Below are positions 1 to 11,706 of a stretch of 64,000 nt of DNA, piece by piece. The stretch covers positions 71,176,001 through 71,240,000 of the forward strand of contig OX597825.1 of the NCBI GenBank assembly GCA_951406725.2. The letters are read 5' to 3'. The stretch is from Octopus vulgaris (lineage: Eukaryota). The translations under genes and the position numbers were made by a program. The first letter of the stretch is position 1, and each line of letters starts with the position of its first letter. The notes beneath the pieces are model-generated. The model was not told where the DNA came from and searched no databases. It saw nothing but the letters and a program-made list of their open reading frames with translations.

Positions 1-599
1 CACACGATTGCTTGCTGTTTTCATGGCAGATTAAATGAATGGCACCGCATATTTACAATTAGCTTGCAATGTCAAGTCACAAAACACAAACATATTTACA
101 TGCGCACACGCACACATATAGAGAGATGGGTTTCTTTCAGTTTTCATTTACCAAATCTACTCACTGGGCTTTGGTCTGCTCAGAACTATAGAAGACACTT
201 GATCAAAATGCTACACAGTGGGACTGAACTCAAAACCACTTAATCACACAGTTTCTCTCTGTGGTACAGGCCTGGGTTTAAGGGTTTTTACTTTTTTTGC
301 TGTGGGAAGCTAGTATTTGCCATATCCTCTTTACACCATGCACTGAAGTTTATCCAAGGGAAAAACTACCAAATTGGGCAGATACAGCTTGTCATCAGTA
401 TCATTGTAAGCATTGCTGCCAGAATGTAAGTCAAGAGACACTGCAAAGCATCTTTCCTGAGACCCTCTAACAGTCTGGCCAATCCACTGTCCTCGATTGG
501 TATTGGTGAAATAAACAGTGAAGATGCTTTGTCTCCTGCAAAAACTGCAGGAACTATTCAGAATTTTTGCAATCTCCTCATCTAAATCCATTGCAATGT

Positions 600-972
600 T
601 GAAAACCTTTGTGTATCATCTGCAGATATCTCGGGGTTTACAAGCTTCCCTTAGCTTGTACGCTTCACCAAAGTAGAGCAGCAGGGACTGAATTAGTCTT
701 TACCTGCCGAAGGGTTCCACTAGCAGTCTTTTATTAATCATAGTATCTTTGAGCTGGTTTCAGCTACTGTTCCTGTCTCTTTGGTGGTTTTCTTCAGTTG
801 CTTGGATTCTAAACCAATATTCTGTAAGAAATAGCATACTGATCTAGCTGGATAGCTGTGCATGCCATCCTTTGACAAGTGCCTTGTTGACAAAGACTTG
901 ATATTTTGTTTCCTTTAGCTGGTGAGAAATTTCAAGTCTGTCTTTCTAGGGTACAGTAAGTTCAACCACAAT
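600..972 (-). mobile_element. 3' relic of a restriction-like-endonuclease (RLE) non-LTR retrotransposon, HERO-like: decayed ORF end plus 3' UTR
   Basis: Minus-strand manual translation gives IVVELTVP*KDRLEISHQLKETKYQVFVNKALVKGWHAQ and then VCYFLQNIGLESKQLKKTTKETGTVAETSSKIL*. This matches the ELTVPWE...K..KY...GW...AE.S pattern of HERO-type RLE C-termini. W>stop and a frameshift indicate a dead copy. Confidence 0.72.
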
Positions 973-1132
973 CAACCGCAAAAGGATGAAAAACAAAGTT
1001 AACCTTGGCAGGATTTGAACACAGGACACTGACTATTGGAACATATATATATAAGGCATTCTATCCAATGTGCTAATGTTTCTGCCAATACACCACCATA
1101 TTAATAAAATGGTTATAGTTGAAAAAAATACT

Positions 1133-1363
1133 TATTTCTTTACTGCCCACAATGGACCAAACGCAGAGAGGACAAACAAGGACAGACAAATGGATTAAGT
1201 CGATTATATCGATCCCAGTGCATAACTGGTACTTATTTAATCGACCCCGAAAAGATGAAAGGCAAAGTTGACCTCAGTGGAATTTGAACTCCGAATGTAA
1301 CGGCAGATGAAATATCGCTAAGTATTTCGTCCGGTGTGCTAACGTTTCTGCCAGCTTGCTGCC
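1133..1363 (-). mobile_element. SINE family B (tRNA-like head; central GCCTTTCATCCTTTCGGGGTCGA domain), full-length monomer
   Basis: Near-identical to copies at 43369 and 56972. Head has A/B-box-like motifs (GAGTTCAAATT). Imperfect flanking duplication gttga(g)aaaaaatactt. Confidence 0.88.
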
Positions 1364-1594
1364 TTATGTTGAGAAAAAATACTTTAGTCTGAGATGGTCT
1401 GAATTGGCACAAAAAGTGGTAAGAAGGGATCTACAAACACTGGGACCCACAAAGGGGATGAGAGGGGACTGAGGCTCCTGGTGGTTTGCTGTGCTTAAAA
1501 AGACACTTCAAGATCAGTAAAAGCGTGGTTGCTCTTGCATTCAAGCTTGACCCTTGCAACCCTCTTCAGCTGGGCATCTCTCATCTTGTGGGCT

Positions 1595-1810
1595 TGTAAG
1601 TGCTGGTGCCATGTAAAATGCACCTGTAACTTGTGCTGTGTAAAAGCACCTAATACACTCTGTAAAGTGGTTGGCATTAGGAAGAGCATCCAGTTGTAGA
1701 AACCACGCCAAAACAAATATGGAACCTGAACAGTGCTTCCACTGGTCAACTTCTGTCAAACTGTCCAACCCATGCCAACATGGAAAATGGACATTAAATG
1801 ATGATGATGA
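1595..1810 (+). mobile_element. SINE family E 3' part (TGGTTGGC-TTAGGAAGGGCATCCAG domain, RTE-like tail ending in (GAT)n)
   Basis: Matches copies at 16150, 18015 and 42326; ends ccaacccatgc...ttaaatgatgatgat. Confidence 0.8.
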
Positions 1811-2344
1811 AAAACAAAGCATGGGCATGTTCCATGTGGCTTTCAGTTCAGTCCCACTGTGCAGCATCTTGGCCACATGTCTTCTATTAATGCTTTGTGA
1901 GTGAACTCGTAGGATGGAAACTATGTAGAAGGTCATTGTATATGTGTGTGTGTGTAAGTATGTCTTTGTGTTTATATCCCACCTCTACTTGACAACCAGT
2001 GTCAGTTTGTTTACATTCCTGAAACTCGGTGGTTTGGCAACAGAAATTGATAGAATAAGTACCAGGGTTGTTTTGCTTAACAGAACCCTTCAGGGCATTG
2101 TCCTAGTTGCTGCAGTTCAATGACTGAAACAACGAAGGTACATAATGAAAGAAATATGCTTTTCAAAACTTAATCAGTTCATTTGTTATGAGAAGTGTCT
2201 TCTGTCATTTTAGGTAGGATTTTTCTTCAGACAAGCGCTTGGTTTGAACTCGTGATCTTGTACTAACTAAAGCATCTAAACTTAACACACAGTGAAGTTT
2301 TGTTCCTCCTACAAGGAATTATCAGCGGCTGTTTCTGATAGACC

Positions 2345-2952
2345 TTAACCCATTAGTATTTAAACCAGCCATTTCTGGCCCAAATATGCTACTTGTTTCA
2401 TGTTAACACTGACCAGATTCAGCCTCTTACACCTACTCTACAATGTCATTCTAAAAATAGTAAGTAGCTTGTTTACCAACCACATGGTTCCGGGTTCAAT
2501 CCCACTGTGTGGCACCTTGGGCAAGTGTCTTCTACTATATCCTTGGGACGACCAAAGCCTTCTGAGTGGGTTTGGTAGACGGAAACTGAAAGAAGCCCGT
2601 TGTATATATGTATATATATGTATGTGCGTGTATGTATTTGTGCCTGTGTTAGTCCCCCTAGCATTGCTTGACAACCGATGCTGGTGTGTTTATGTCCCCG
2701 TCACTTAGCGGTTCGGCAAAAAGGATTGATAGAATAAGTACTGGGCTTACAAAAGAATAAGTCCCGGGGTCAAGTTGCTCGATTAAAGGCGGTGCTCCAG
2801 CATGGCCACAGTCAAATGACTGAAACAAGTAAAAAAAAAAAAAAACCACATCATCAAAATCTTAAACCTACATGACAATGTATGATTATTTCAACAGTGT
2901 AAATCAAAAAAGTATTAAATTTGATGGTGTAATCTGAATGCTAAAGGGTTAA
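2345..2952. mobile_element. piggyBac-type MITE family 1 (TTAA-CCC...GGG-TTAA) interrupted by a SINE
   Basis: TTAA at both ends with short TIRs cccattag/ctaaaggg; homologous uninterrupted copies at 37203-37426 and 53065-53299. Confidence 0.8.
2460..2845 (+). mobile_element. SINE family A (CORE-type, OR2-like) nested in the MITE
   Basis: B box GGTTCAATCC, CORE-like CACCTTGGGCAAGTGTCTT, internal (TA/TG)n, tail GACTGAAACAAGT-poly(A); more than 20 related copies or fragments in the window. Confidence 0.9.
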
Positions 2953-3610
2953 GCTAGGACCACTAGTGATTTCTCTCTCTCTTGTCTATTAAACTGTTCA
3001 AGACCAAAACATATAGTAGTGAAACATGTAAGTTTTTTAGTGCTTCTGTTTCTCATAGTGTTGACCCAACCCAAAAAACCTACAGCAGCTAGATACAGTG
3101 GATCGTATAAATTTTGTTGTTCTAGTGCATCACTATACCAGTGAGGAGATGCAAACTAACTGTTGACTCCTCGTATATTCAGGTTGTCATCTGAATAAAT
3201 ATGCCAGCTCCTCATTTGTGGAAGGCTGTGTGCGAGTACATATTTGCATAGATGCATAGTAGTTGCATTGTCCCAGATATGTGAACAATACTTCTAAAGT
3301 AAGACATATCTGAATTCAAGGATTAGCAATTATTGTACTAAGTATATTTGACAACTACATCATATGTTCAAACATTGGTTTTTGTTGGTCAAGGTGGCTG
3401 AGGAATGTTGATCATTATTTAGTATAATTGCACTATGGATGGTAGTGGTACTGGTGGATATTTATGCTAGGGTCAAGGTATACTTGTGTATAACAAAATT
3501 ATGAATATTGTGTTTTTGCAAGTTGTTCAGGAATTAGTTTGGATTTTGTAGTCTTAAATTATATTTAAAAAAAATCTGCTGCTCATTGTGAAACCCCTTC
3601 TAATAGTGTA

Positions 3611-3870
3611 AAAAAAAATTAATGCGCCCTTTTAAAGCTTAGCCAGGCGCATGGGCCCAGTTTCCTGGTTTCAATGGCGTATGTGCTCCCCAGATGGACG
3701 GGACGCCAGTCCATTGCAGCGTTACTCATTTTTGCCAGCTGAGTGGACTGGAGCAACGTGAAATGAAGTGTTTAGCTCAAGAACACAACGCATTGCCCAG
3801 TCCAGGAATCGAAACCACAATCTTACGATCATGATGCTGACACCCTAACCACTAAGCCACGGGCCTCCAC
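3611..3870 (-). mobile_element. SINE family C (CORE-type, OR1-like), full length with TSD
   Basis: 13-bp TSD ttctaatagtgta at 3598-3610 and 3871-3883; tRNA-like head; near-identical to 44506-44764. Confidence 0.9.
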
Positions 3871-4048
3871 TTCTAATAGTGTACCATTGGAGAAATCGAT
3901 ATAGATTGATGGTCATAGCTGAAACTTTTGAATTGAAGTTTGTTTAATGAAGCCTGACCTTGGTGTAAACTGTAGAGATAAGTTAGCTCTCAGATCTATT
4001 ATGAGCCTACAGGCTCACTAAATTGGAGTTTATCCCAGTTCCTGTGGT

Positions 4049-4360
4049 GTGGAGGTACATGGCCTAGTGATTAGAGCAGCAGACTTGCGGTCGAGGGATC
4101 GCGGGTTCGAATCTCAGACCGGGCGATGTATGTGTTTATGAGTGAAACGCCTAAGCTCCCCGCGGCTCCAGCAGAAGGCAATGGCGAACTTCTGCTGACT
4201 CTTTCGCCACAACTTTCTCTCACTCTTTCCTCCTGCATCTTGCAGCTCACCTGCGATAGACCAGCGTCCCATCCAGGTGGAGAACCTATATGCCAAAGAA
4301 ACCAGGAAACCAGCCCTTATGAGCCAGGCATGGCTCGAGAAGGAACAAAAAAAAAAAAAA
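4049..4360 (+). mobile_element. SINE family D (tRNA-derived head), full length with poly(A) and TSD
   Basis: TSD cagttcctgtggt at 4036-4048 and from 4361; A box TGGCCTAGTGA, B box GGTTCGAATC; second copy at 47156-47440. Confidence 0.9.
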
Positions 4361-7213
4361 CAGTTCCTGTGGTGTATAAGTGAGCAATAAATGGGACGCC
4401 TGTTAGTCGGTTGAAGGGTTAAATCCCTCTGTTGTTACTGGTACTCATTTTCAGCTGGGTGAACTGGAGCAATACGAAATGATGTGCTTTATTCAAGAAC
4501 ACAATTCACAACTCCACCTAAGAATGAAAAGCATGATCATAATGTAAGCTTTCATCACAGAGATAGGTTAACTGTCTAAATATAAATAAACAGCAGAACA
4601 TCAATACAATAGATTCTATGCAGAAAGATATATCACCATTAAAGATAAGATAAAGTGTCTGATGCAGTGCCTGGGTGCTTATGCACCACAGGTATGATGG
4701 GGAGGGCGGGAGGAAGAGAAGAGATGAGATGGTATCTGTGGAAGTGTTTTGTAGGTTTGGTGAGTTCAGACAAGTGGAGTTTGTTGTAGTTGGTTACAAT
4801 GGAAGATAAATAGCTCAACTGTGGACCAGTTTTTTATGGCCTATTGGCGAACGAATGACTAATCAGAAATATGCTGTTGTTTAGTGTTTAGCCCTAGGCA
4901 AGCCATGATTGAGAGACCTGTTCCAGTCATTACCATTTGGTCTTTTACTTTTGACCTGCTTCGGTCATTGGACTGCTGCCATGCTGGGGCATCGTCTTGA
5001 AGGGTTTTTTAGACAAAGAGATCGACTCCAGTGCTTATTTTGGATCTAGTCTTTTTCATTCGCAAAATATGCATTTTTTTAAAAGACAGTAAAATATCTG
5101 AAAATCGGCATTTATTCTATCAATCTCTTTTACCGAATTGCTGACGTATACAAACCAAGATCGGTTGTCAAACGGGAAAGGAACACAACCATAAAGACAT
5201 GTGCACACATATATGCGACGGGCTTCCACTTAGTTTCCTTTTTCTAGATTAACGCGCAAGTTATTGGTTGACCCAGGGCTATAAAGTTTGACACCTACCC
5301 AAGAGGCTGCGCAGTTGCACCGAACCCGAAACGATGTGGTTGCAAAGCGAATTTCTTAATAACACAGCCATTCCTGTTTTGGGATTACACACCATCTTAC
5401 TTCTTCCTTTTTATAATAATAATGAAACTATTGTGTGTAGTGCTCAGATGCACCACAACTCATCAAAGATGCACGGACATAGATAAGTTGCGATTTGTGG
5501 AAGATTTGGCTGTTATTTCTAGTAGGCCTTGCTCCTTCATTGGTTCAGTTGAATGTGTTGGAATCTTTAAAATTATGAAGTGTTATTGTTTTTAGCCTCA
5601 ATGCATTCGAATTATTTTATTGGCAGAGTGTAAGCTAAAAACTACAATAAACAAATACTTTATTATAGTGTATCGATACGCTACTTTCCTTTTAAGATAA
5701 GGGAGATTTTGGCATAACTGCAGATTGGTGCCCCCGGCTTTGTATTCGCATAGTTTTCTGAAGAATGCACATTTTTTAAAAAGGAACTTTTGCAGAGACG
5801 TTTACGAGGTTGTAGATTACGATGAGTAAGTTGAAAACATTAAATAAATTTATTATTGTTTCTAAAGGAATTTTCGATCATCCTTCTCCCCAACACACCT
5901 CTCGACTTTGCTTCCGCAAGGATCCTTTTAACAAACTTTAAAATGTATATTTTTAAATGACATCTTTTTTGCAGATATATATATATTTTGGGAGTGCGGA
6001 TTACAATTTATGTTGGTAAAATTTAGGTAAAAAAAAATATATTTTTTTGAGGTGTTTCGGTTTGTTCTTTCACCATCGACTCTTGTTCCAACATTAATTA
6101 CGATCAATTTCTGTAACTTCGGCATTTTTTCACTTTTTTCTTCTTTTCTAATCATATGTAATCAACATTCTTGAAAGCACATTTCTGCCAAACATCATTT
6201 AAAAATTTGCATTTTAAAGAATATTAATCAGGAGGTTGGGAAGGAATACGAAATCCCTTAACCCTTTTGATACCAACATCCACGAGACCGCCCTTGATTC
6301 TATGATATAAATTTCTCGTTTTGAAGTGATCTAAATTTAAAATCTATCACCATTTCATGTTTGAAACAAAGACGGTGTTTTTCAACAGAAATATGGTTTA
6401 AAAAGTAGATAAATAAAACCTTATGAAAATAACCGTAATTAACCCTTCGAAAACGTATCTGCAAAATTTCATTTAAGAATATGAATTTTTTGGGGAAGTT
6501 GTGTGGAAGAGGAATATCACTCTGTAGTTATACGGAGGCGTTTGGCTGCTGTTTCTTGCTTGTCGGACGACCTGTAGAAGCGTCCTCGCTGGTTGGAATA
6601 TTTAGTTAGGTGCGTGCATGTGTGTGTGTGCGTATGTCCTTGGTCACATCGCCTTATTGTTCTATTTTTGTCCCTGTTCAACTCTAAAAATAACTTTCAC
6701 TTGATAATAAAGATAGCTATGGAACAACAACTGATCGCTGCTTTCCTTCCTTTTCTAATGCTGGTGCTCGTCACGAACTGTAAAAAAACATAAACGTATT
6801 CATAAAGCCAAAGAGGAAACATCAAACACAAACAACCCGAAGAAAATATCTCCATCTTTTAATTTGTTGATATTTGTTAAAAGTTATTGTCGAAAAACTT
6901 CGTTAGATGACATTTCATTTATTTATTACGGTGCCAAATACAGAAAGCATTACACAGGCTTTTGGTACATCGTGCATTGTTAGAAGTAAACGATGTATGT
7001 GTGTGTCTAAATAGCGTGCTTATTATATTTGTATATACAGTATGTATATATGTGTCTATGTAGTGTGTATATATTTCCATCTTGTGCATATATATATTAT
7101 GTGACTTGTGAGTGTTTATGCACATAAAGATTATTTTACGTGTATTCTATGGGTATATATGCATATATAATGTTTGTATATCTCAGGTTATTTAGTCTTG
7201 CTATACCTAAGCG

Positions 7214-7255
<42 letters not shown>

Positions 7256-7612
7256 TCATCGTCATCGTCATGATATATATATATATCATCATCATCGTCA
7301 TGATATATATATATATATCATCATCATTATCGTTTAACATCCGTTTTCCGACCTAGCACGGGTTGGACGGTTCGATCGGGGTCTGAGAAGCCAGAAGGCT
7401 GTACCGGGCTCCAGTCTGATCTGGCAGTGTTTCTACAGCTGGATGCCCTTCCTAACGCCAACCAATATATATAAATATATATATAAGAGACCGATAGAAT
7501 AAGTACTGGGCTTACAAAGAATAAGTCCCGGGGTCGATTTGCTCGACTAAAGGCGGTGCTCCAGCATGGCCACAGTCAAAATGACTGAAACAAGTAAAAG
7601 AATAAAAGAAAA

Positions 7613-7673
<61 letters not shown>

Positions 7674-8020
7674 TCTGAGAGCTTTTTGGTCTAGAGGTGC
7701 TCACACCATCATCCTTCTCTAATCTACTTTTGCCTGACCTCACCTTGAATGCTGTTGCCTACTGTGGTCGTCCCACACGAAGCTAAGCATCATGAAAGTG
7801 GAAGCACTCCAGTTGTCAATAACAAGATAGACGGCATAACAGGTATTAACTAAAAAAACTCGATTTTTACTCTCTCCAACGGTGCCAAGAGCACTACATC
7901 ATTTGCATGATGTGGAGAATATTCCATCAATATTGCACAAATGATGCTGGCATCAATTTTAAAATCCACCCAAGACTTGGCCCCTGTGTTATTCATACAC
8001 TACAAAAATCAAACTCAAGA

Positions 8021-8339
8021 CATTTTTCTTCTTTTGCCAAATAAACATATGGACTATATATTCGTTCTTCACTCTTTTGTTATTGTTCTTATTATATTTT
8101 ATGACCATTGTCTGGAAATCATTGGTCACACCTCTGTGACCTCTTCAGTAACTCTTCCATCCACATGTTTCCCCCTGTTCTGGAGGGAGAGTTGATAAGG
8201 AGGAAGAGACATGGAACAAGTCACATATGTGTGACGAAAGATTTCCAGACAATGGACTTAAGATAAAAATAAGAACAATAACAAATAAGTGAAGCACGAA
8301 TATAAAGTACATGTGTTTATCTGGGAAGAACAAAAAATG
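8021..8339. repeat. Long inverted repeat (~120-bp arms) with split hammerhead-like motif; PLE-derived candidate
   Basis: Arms 8021-8148 and 8220-8339 are reverse complements. The minus strand of the left arm reads CTGAAGA-GGTCACA-gagg-TGTGACC; the right arm keeps GAAAGATTTC. Confidence 0.75.
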
Positions 8340-8452
8340 ACCATCTCAAAATATAACAGTATCTTTTCCAACACACGATTTCACATCAGAAACCTTGTAA
8401 AACAAATCCATAAACACACACACACACACGTATATTTACCCCCTCCTCCTCA

Positions 8453-8494
<42 letters not shown>

Positions 8495-8496
<2 letters not shown>

Positions 8497-8704
8497 TATT
8501 CTTTTATTTCAGTTATTTGACTGTGGTCATGCTAGAGCCTTGACTTTAGTTGAACAAATCAACACTTATTGTTTGTAATCCTAGTTCTTATTCTATTGGT
8601 CACTTTTGCCAAACCGTTAAGTTACGGGGACATAAACACACCAGCATCAGTGGAGAGTAGAGGTGGTGGGGGGGGGACAAACACAGACACACATATACAT
8701 ACTC

Positions 8705-8795
<91 letters not shown>

Positions 8796-8940
8796 ATGGG
8801 CTTCTTTCAGTTTCCATCTACCAAATCCACTCACAAGGCTTTGGTTTGCCCGAGGCTATAGTAGAAGACACTTGCCCAAGGTGCCACACAATGGGACTGA
8901 TTCTGGAACCATGTGGTTGGTAAGCAAGCTACTTACCACA
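8495..8940 (-). mobile_element. SINE family A copy with expanded internal (TA)n
   Basis: Reverse complement of the family A consensus from head to tail. Confidence 0.85.
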
Positions 8941-8955
8941 ACACACACATACACA

Positions 8956-9130
8956 CATTCAGATTTTCTGTTTGAAGCAGCTAAATAATGCAACCATTAT
9001 CAATATCACAGCTTAATGTATGTATATTGCTAAATGCTTGTAGCTGCAGCATTACAACTCACATGCACTAGATACAAGATATTGATAATGTTCACATTAT
9101 TGAGCTGCTTCTGATGCAAAATTTGAATTT
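8956..9130. repeat. Fold-back inverted repeat (~175 bp) about 100 bp upstream of a hammerhead motif
   Basis: attcagatttt...gaagcagctaaataatg...cattatcaatatc pairs with gatattgataatg...cattattgagctgcttc...aaaatttgaat; near-palindromic centre. Confidence 0.75.
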
Positions 9131-9235
9131 TGTTCTACTTGTGCAGCACTGTTGCACATCAGCAAATAGATTTTACATTATTTGCATATAGATCTAGCTG
9201 GTGATTTGATTATATTTCAGAAGTGGGATGAATAC

Positions 9236-9282
9236 ACAGAACTGAAGAGCAGAAAAATCTGTGAAATATTGATATCTGCTGT
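9236..9282 (+). ncRNA. Type I minimal hammerhead ribozyme motif (best-preserved copy)
   Basis: acagaa-CTGAAGA-GCAGA(aaaa)TCTGT-GAAA-TAT(tg)ATA-TC-tgctgt: intact core, 5-bp stem II, near-palindromic stem III, AUC triplet, stem I 5/6 paired. Confidence 0.7.
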
Positions 9283-9427
9283 CCACTTCCCAGGCGGTTT
9301 CTTTTTGCTTAGCTTCAAAGTATACTGTGTTTTTTAACACTATATATCTTTAAAGGGACATCTTTTAGATGAAATACAACAGCTACTAGTGTTTAGCAAC
9401 ACAGATACCCTGTGATATTGATAATGT

Positions 9428-9783
9428 AGGTGTGGCTGTATGGTAAGGAACTTGCTTCCCAATGACAGTTCTGGGTTCAGTTCCTCTGTATGGCACCTTG
9501 GGCAAGTGTCTTCTACTATAGCCCTGGGCTGACCAAAGCCTTGTAAGTGGATTTGGTTGATGGAAACTGAAAAAACCCTGTTGTGTGTGTGTGTCTATGT
9601 TTGTCCCTGCCATCATTGCCTGACATCCAGTGTTGGTGTGTTTATGTCCTTATAACTTAGCAGTTCAGCAGGGAGACCAATAGAATAAGTACTAGGACTT
9701 GAATAAGTCCTGGGGTTGAATTGTTCGACAAAAACACTTCAAAGCAGTGCTCCAGCATGGCCGCAGTCAAATGACTTAAACAA
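9428..9783 (+). mobile_element. SINE family A copy
   Basis: Full head, CORE-like segment and tail; inverted relative to the 8495-8940 copy. Confidence 0.85.
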
Positions 9784-9989
9784 GGAGACCATCCAGAAGA
9801 GTTGCAGGAGATTCCAAAGTCGTTTGGAGGCTGTGGTTAGAGCCAATGGTGATTTTATTGAATAAATTTACTCCTTAGTATTTCAAGATATTTTTATGTA
9901 ATTTAGGTAAATATATCTGTTAAAATGAGACATCAGAGCTATTTTCATTTTTGCATAATTTAGATGACAGTTTATTCACTGCACCTTAT
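9782..9989 (+). mobile_element. Tc1/mariner-superfamily transposon 3' relic (transposase C-terminus and terminal region)
   Basis: 9782-9865 translates KETIQKSCRRFQSRLEAVVRANGDFIE*, a typical Tc1/mariner C-terminal motif; the downstream region ends ...caccttaTA. Confidence 0.72.
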
Positions 9990-11210
9990 ACGTATGCCTG
10001 CATATATTTATGTATATATATCATCTTCGTTTTAACATCTGCTTTTCCATGCTAGCATGGATCAGACAGAATTTGTTTGGGCAGAATTTTATGACTGCAT
10101 GCCCTCTTTGTTGCTTACTCTCACCTGTTTCCAAGCAAGGTAAATATTTCCTCATGGCCAGATTTGAAATGATAGTGATGATTTGAATGTTTACACCTTG
10201 TACTTTGTTAATTCATATATGCTAGGAAAATACTGTCCTTTCTCTGCTAACATTGCAGTGTTTCCACTCCGACTCTCATCTCTCCATTGTTTGCACTGAG
10301 TATTGAACTGCCTCTCTCTGTCTCTCTCTCTCTCTCTCCCCTCCACACACATTAAATATATTAAAATTAATTATATATCATGAATTGATTTGCCTCAAAA
10401 ATGAAAAGTAACAACTAATCATTAAAAGTTTTAATTAATTATTAGTCTTCTGTAAAAAGAAAGAAATGTCCCAAAAAAAAAAAAAAAGAATGAAATGAAA
10501 TTATTGTTCTCTGCTACTGCAGTACTGATTGATATTGATTTTAGATGTTTAAATCTAGCGTTAAAGATTAAATTAAGAAGATTATGGGACATTCCAGAAT
10601 GGCCAGCTAGGAAGAAGTGAAAAAAAAAAAATTTTTTTTTAAATGTGTGTGTATGCATATATATATGCGTGTGTGTGTGTATCTTTTATCTTTCACTTGT
10701 TTCAGTCACTGAACTGCCACAATGGTAAGGTGCCACCTTAAAGAGTTTCATTGAACAAATTGACCTTGGTACTTATTTTTTAAGTCTGGTACTTGTCTTG
10801 TTTGCCAAAGCACTAAATTACAAGGATGTAAACACACACACACCCACAGAGGAGCTTAATATAGCTTCTGTCAAGTTTCCGTCCTCCCTAATTTGACCTT
10901 GAGACATTGGTTGCTCTATGGCAGTAGAAGAAAATACTTTTCCAAAGTGCTATGCATTGGGACCGAACTCAAAACCATTTCTTCACCATACATCTTTGAA
11001 CCTGGGTTTGATTGGTTCAAGCCCTTAATCCTACCCATTGTATATCAATTTGTGACTTATTCTACCCATATCTATATTTCCAGCTGCTAAGTTACAAGAC
11101 ATACAATTGGTTATCTATTGGTTGCGTTGACTAGTGTTCCAGCTGATCCAATCAACAGAACACCTTCCTTGTGGTATTAACATTCTAGTTTAAGAATAAT
11201 AAATAAATAA

Positions 11211-11260
<50 letters not shown>

Positions 11261-11493
11261 CACTCTGCTGGGTGGTTTGTGTTAGGAAGGGCATCCAGCC
11301 ATAAAAAATCCTGCCAAAATAGACACAGTAGCCAGGGGTAGTCTTCTCTACCTGGCTGGCTCCTGTCAACCTTCCTACCCATGCATGCACGGAAGACAGA
11401 TGTTAAATGTTGATCATATATATATATATATACATATCGTTTGTAGAAATACAAATCCAGAGGAGAAGCACACTCTAAGATGTAGAGTGGTTA

Positions 11494-11706
11494 ATATTAT
11501 AATGGGGGTAGCTGGTTTATGGGGTTACCTTGTGTTTCTCACTCATAAAGGGTTTCCCTTCAGAAATGGAAAGCTAAAATGAGAGGAGAGGGACAAAATG
11601 TCTGTGCGTGAGTGTGTGTGCACTGAAGATATGCCATAAAGCTGAACCTCTTATGAGCAAGAAACCCAGTGTAACTCCATAAACTGGCCTCTCCCATTAT
11701 AATATA
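11494..11706. repeat. Inverted repeat (~62-bp arms) with degenerate hammerhead-like core in the spacer and right arm
   Basis: 11494-11556 is the reverse complement of 11644-11706; CTGAAGA at 11623-11629; ends in a TA-rich tract. Confidence 0.7.

Noticed and set aside
331-591. 86-aa minus-strand ORF next to the RLE relic
   Set aside because: Lies beyond the element's stop codon and 3' UTR, with no recognisable motif.
4049-4125. tRNA-like sequence with A and B boxes (also the heads of families A-C)
   Set aside because: Continues into SINE body and tail with a TSD, and lacks a proper acceptor stem; these are SINE heads, not tRNA genes.
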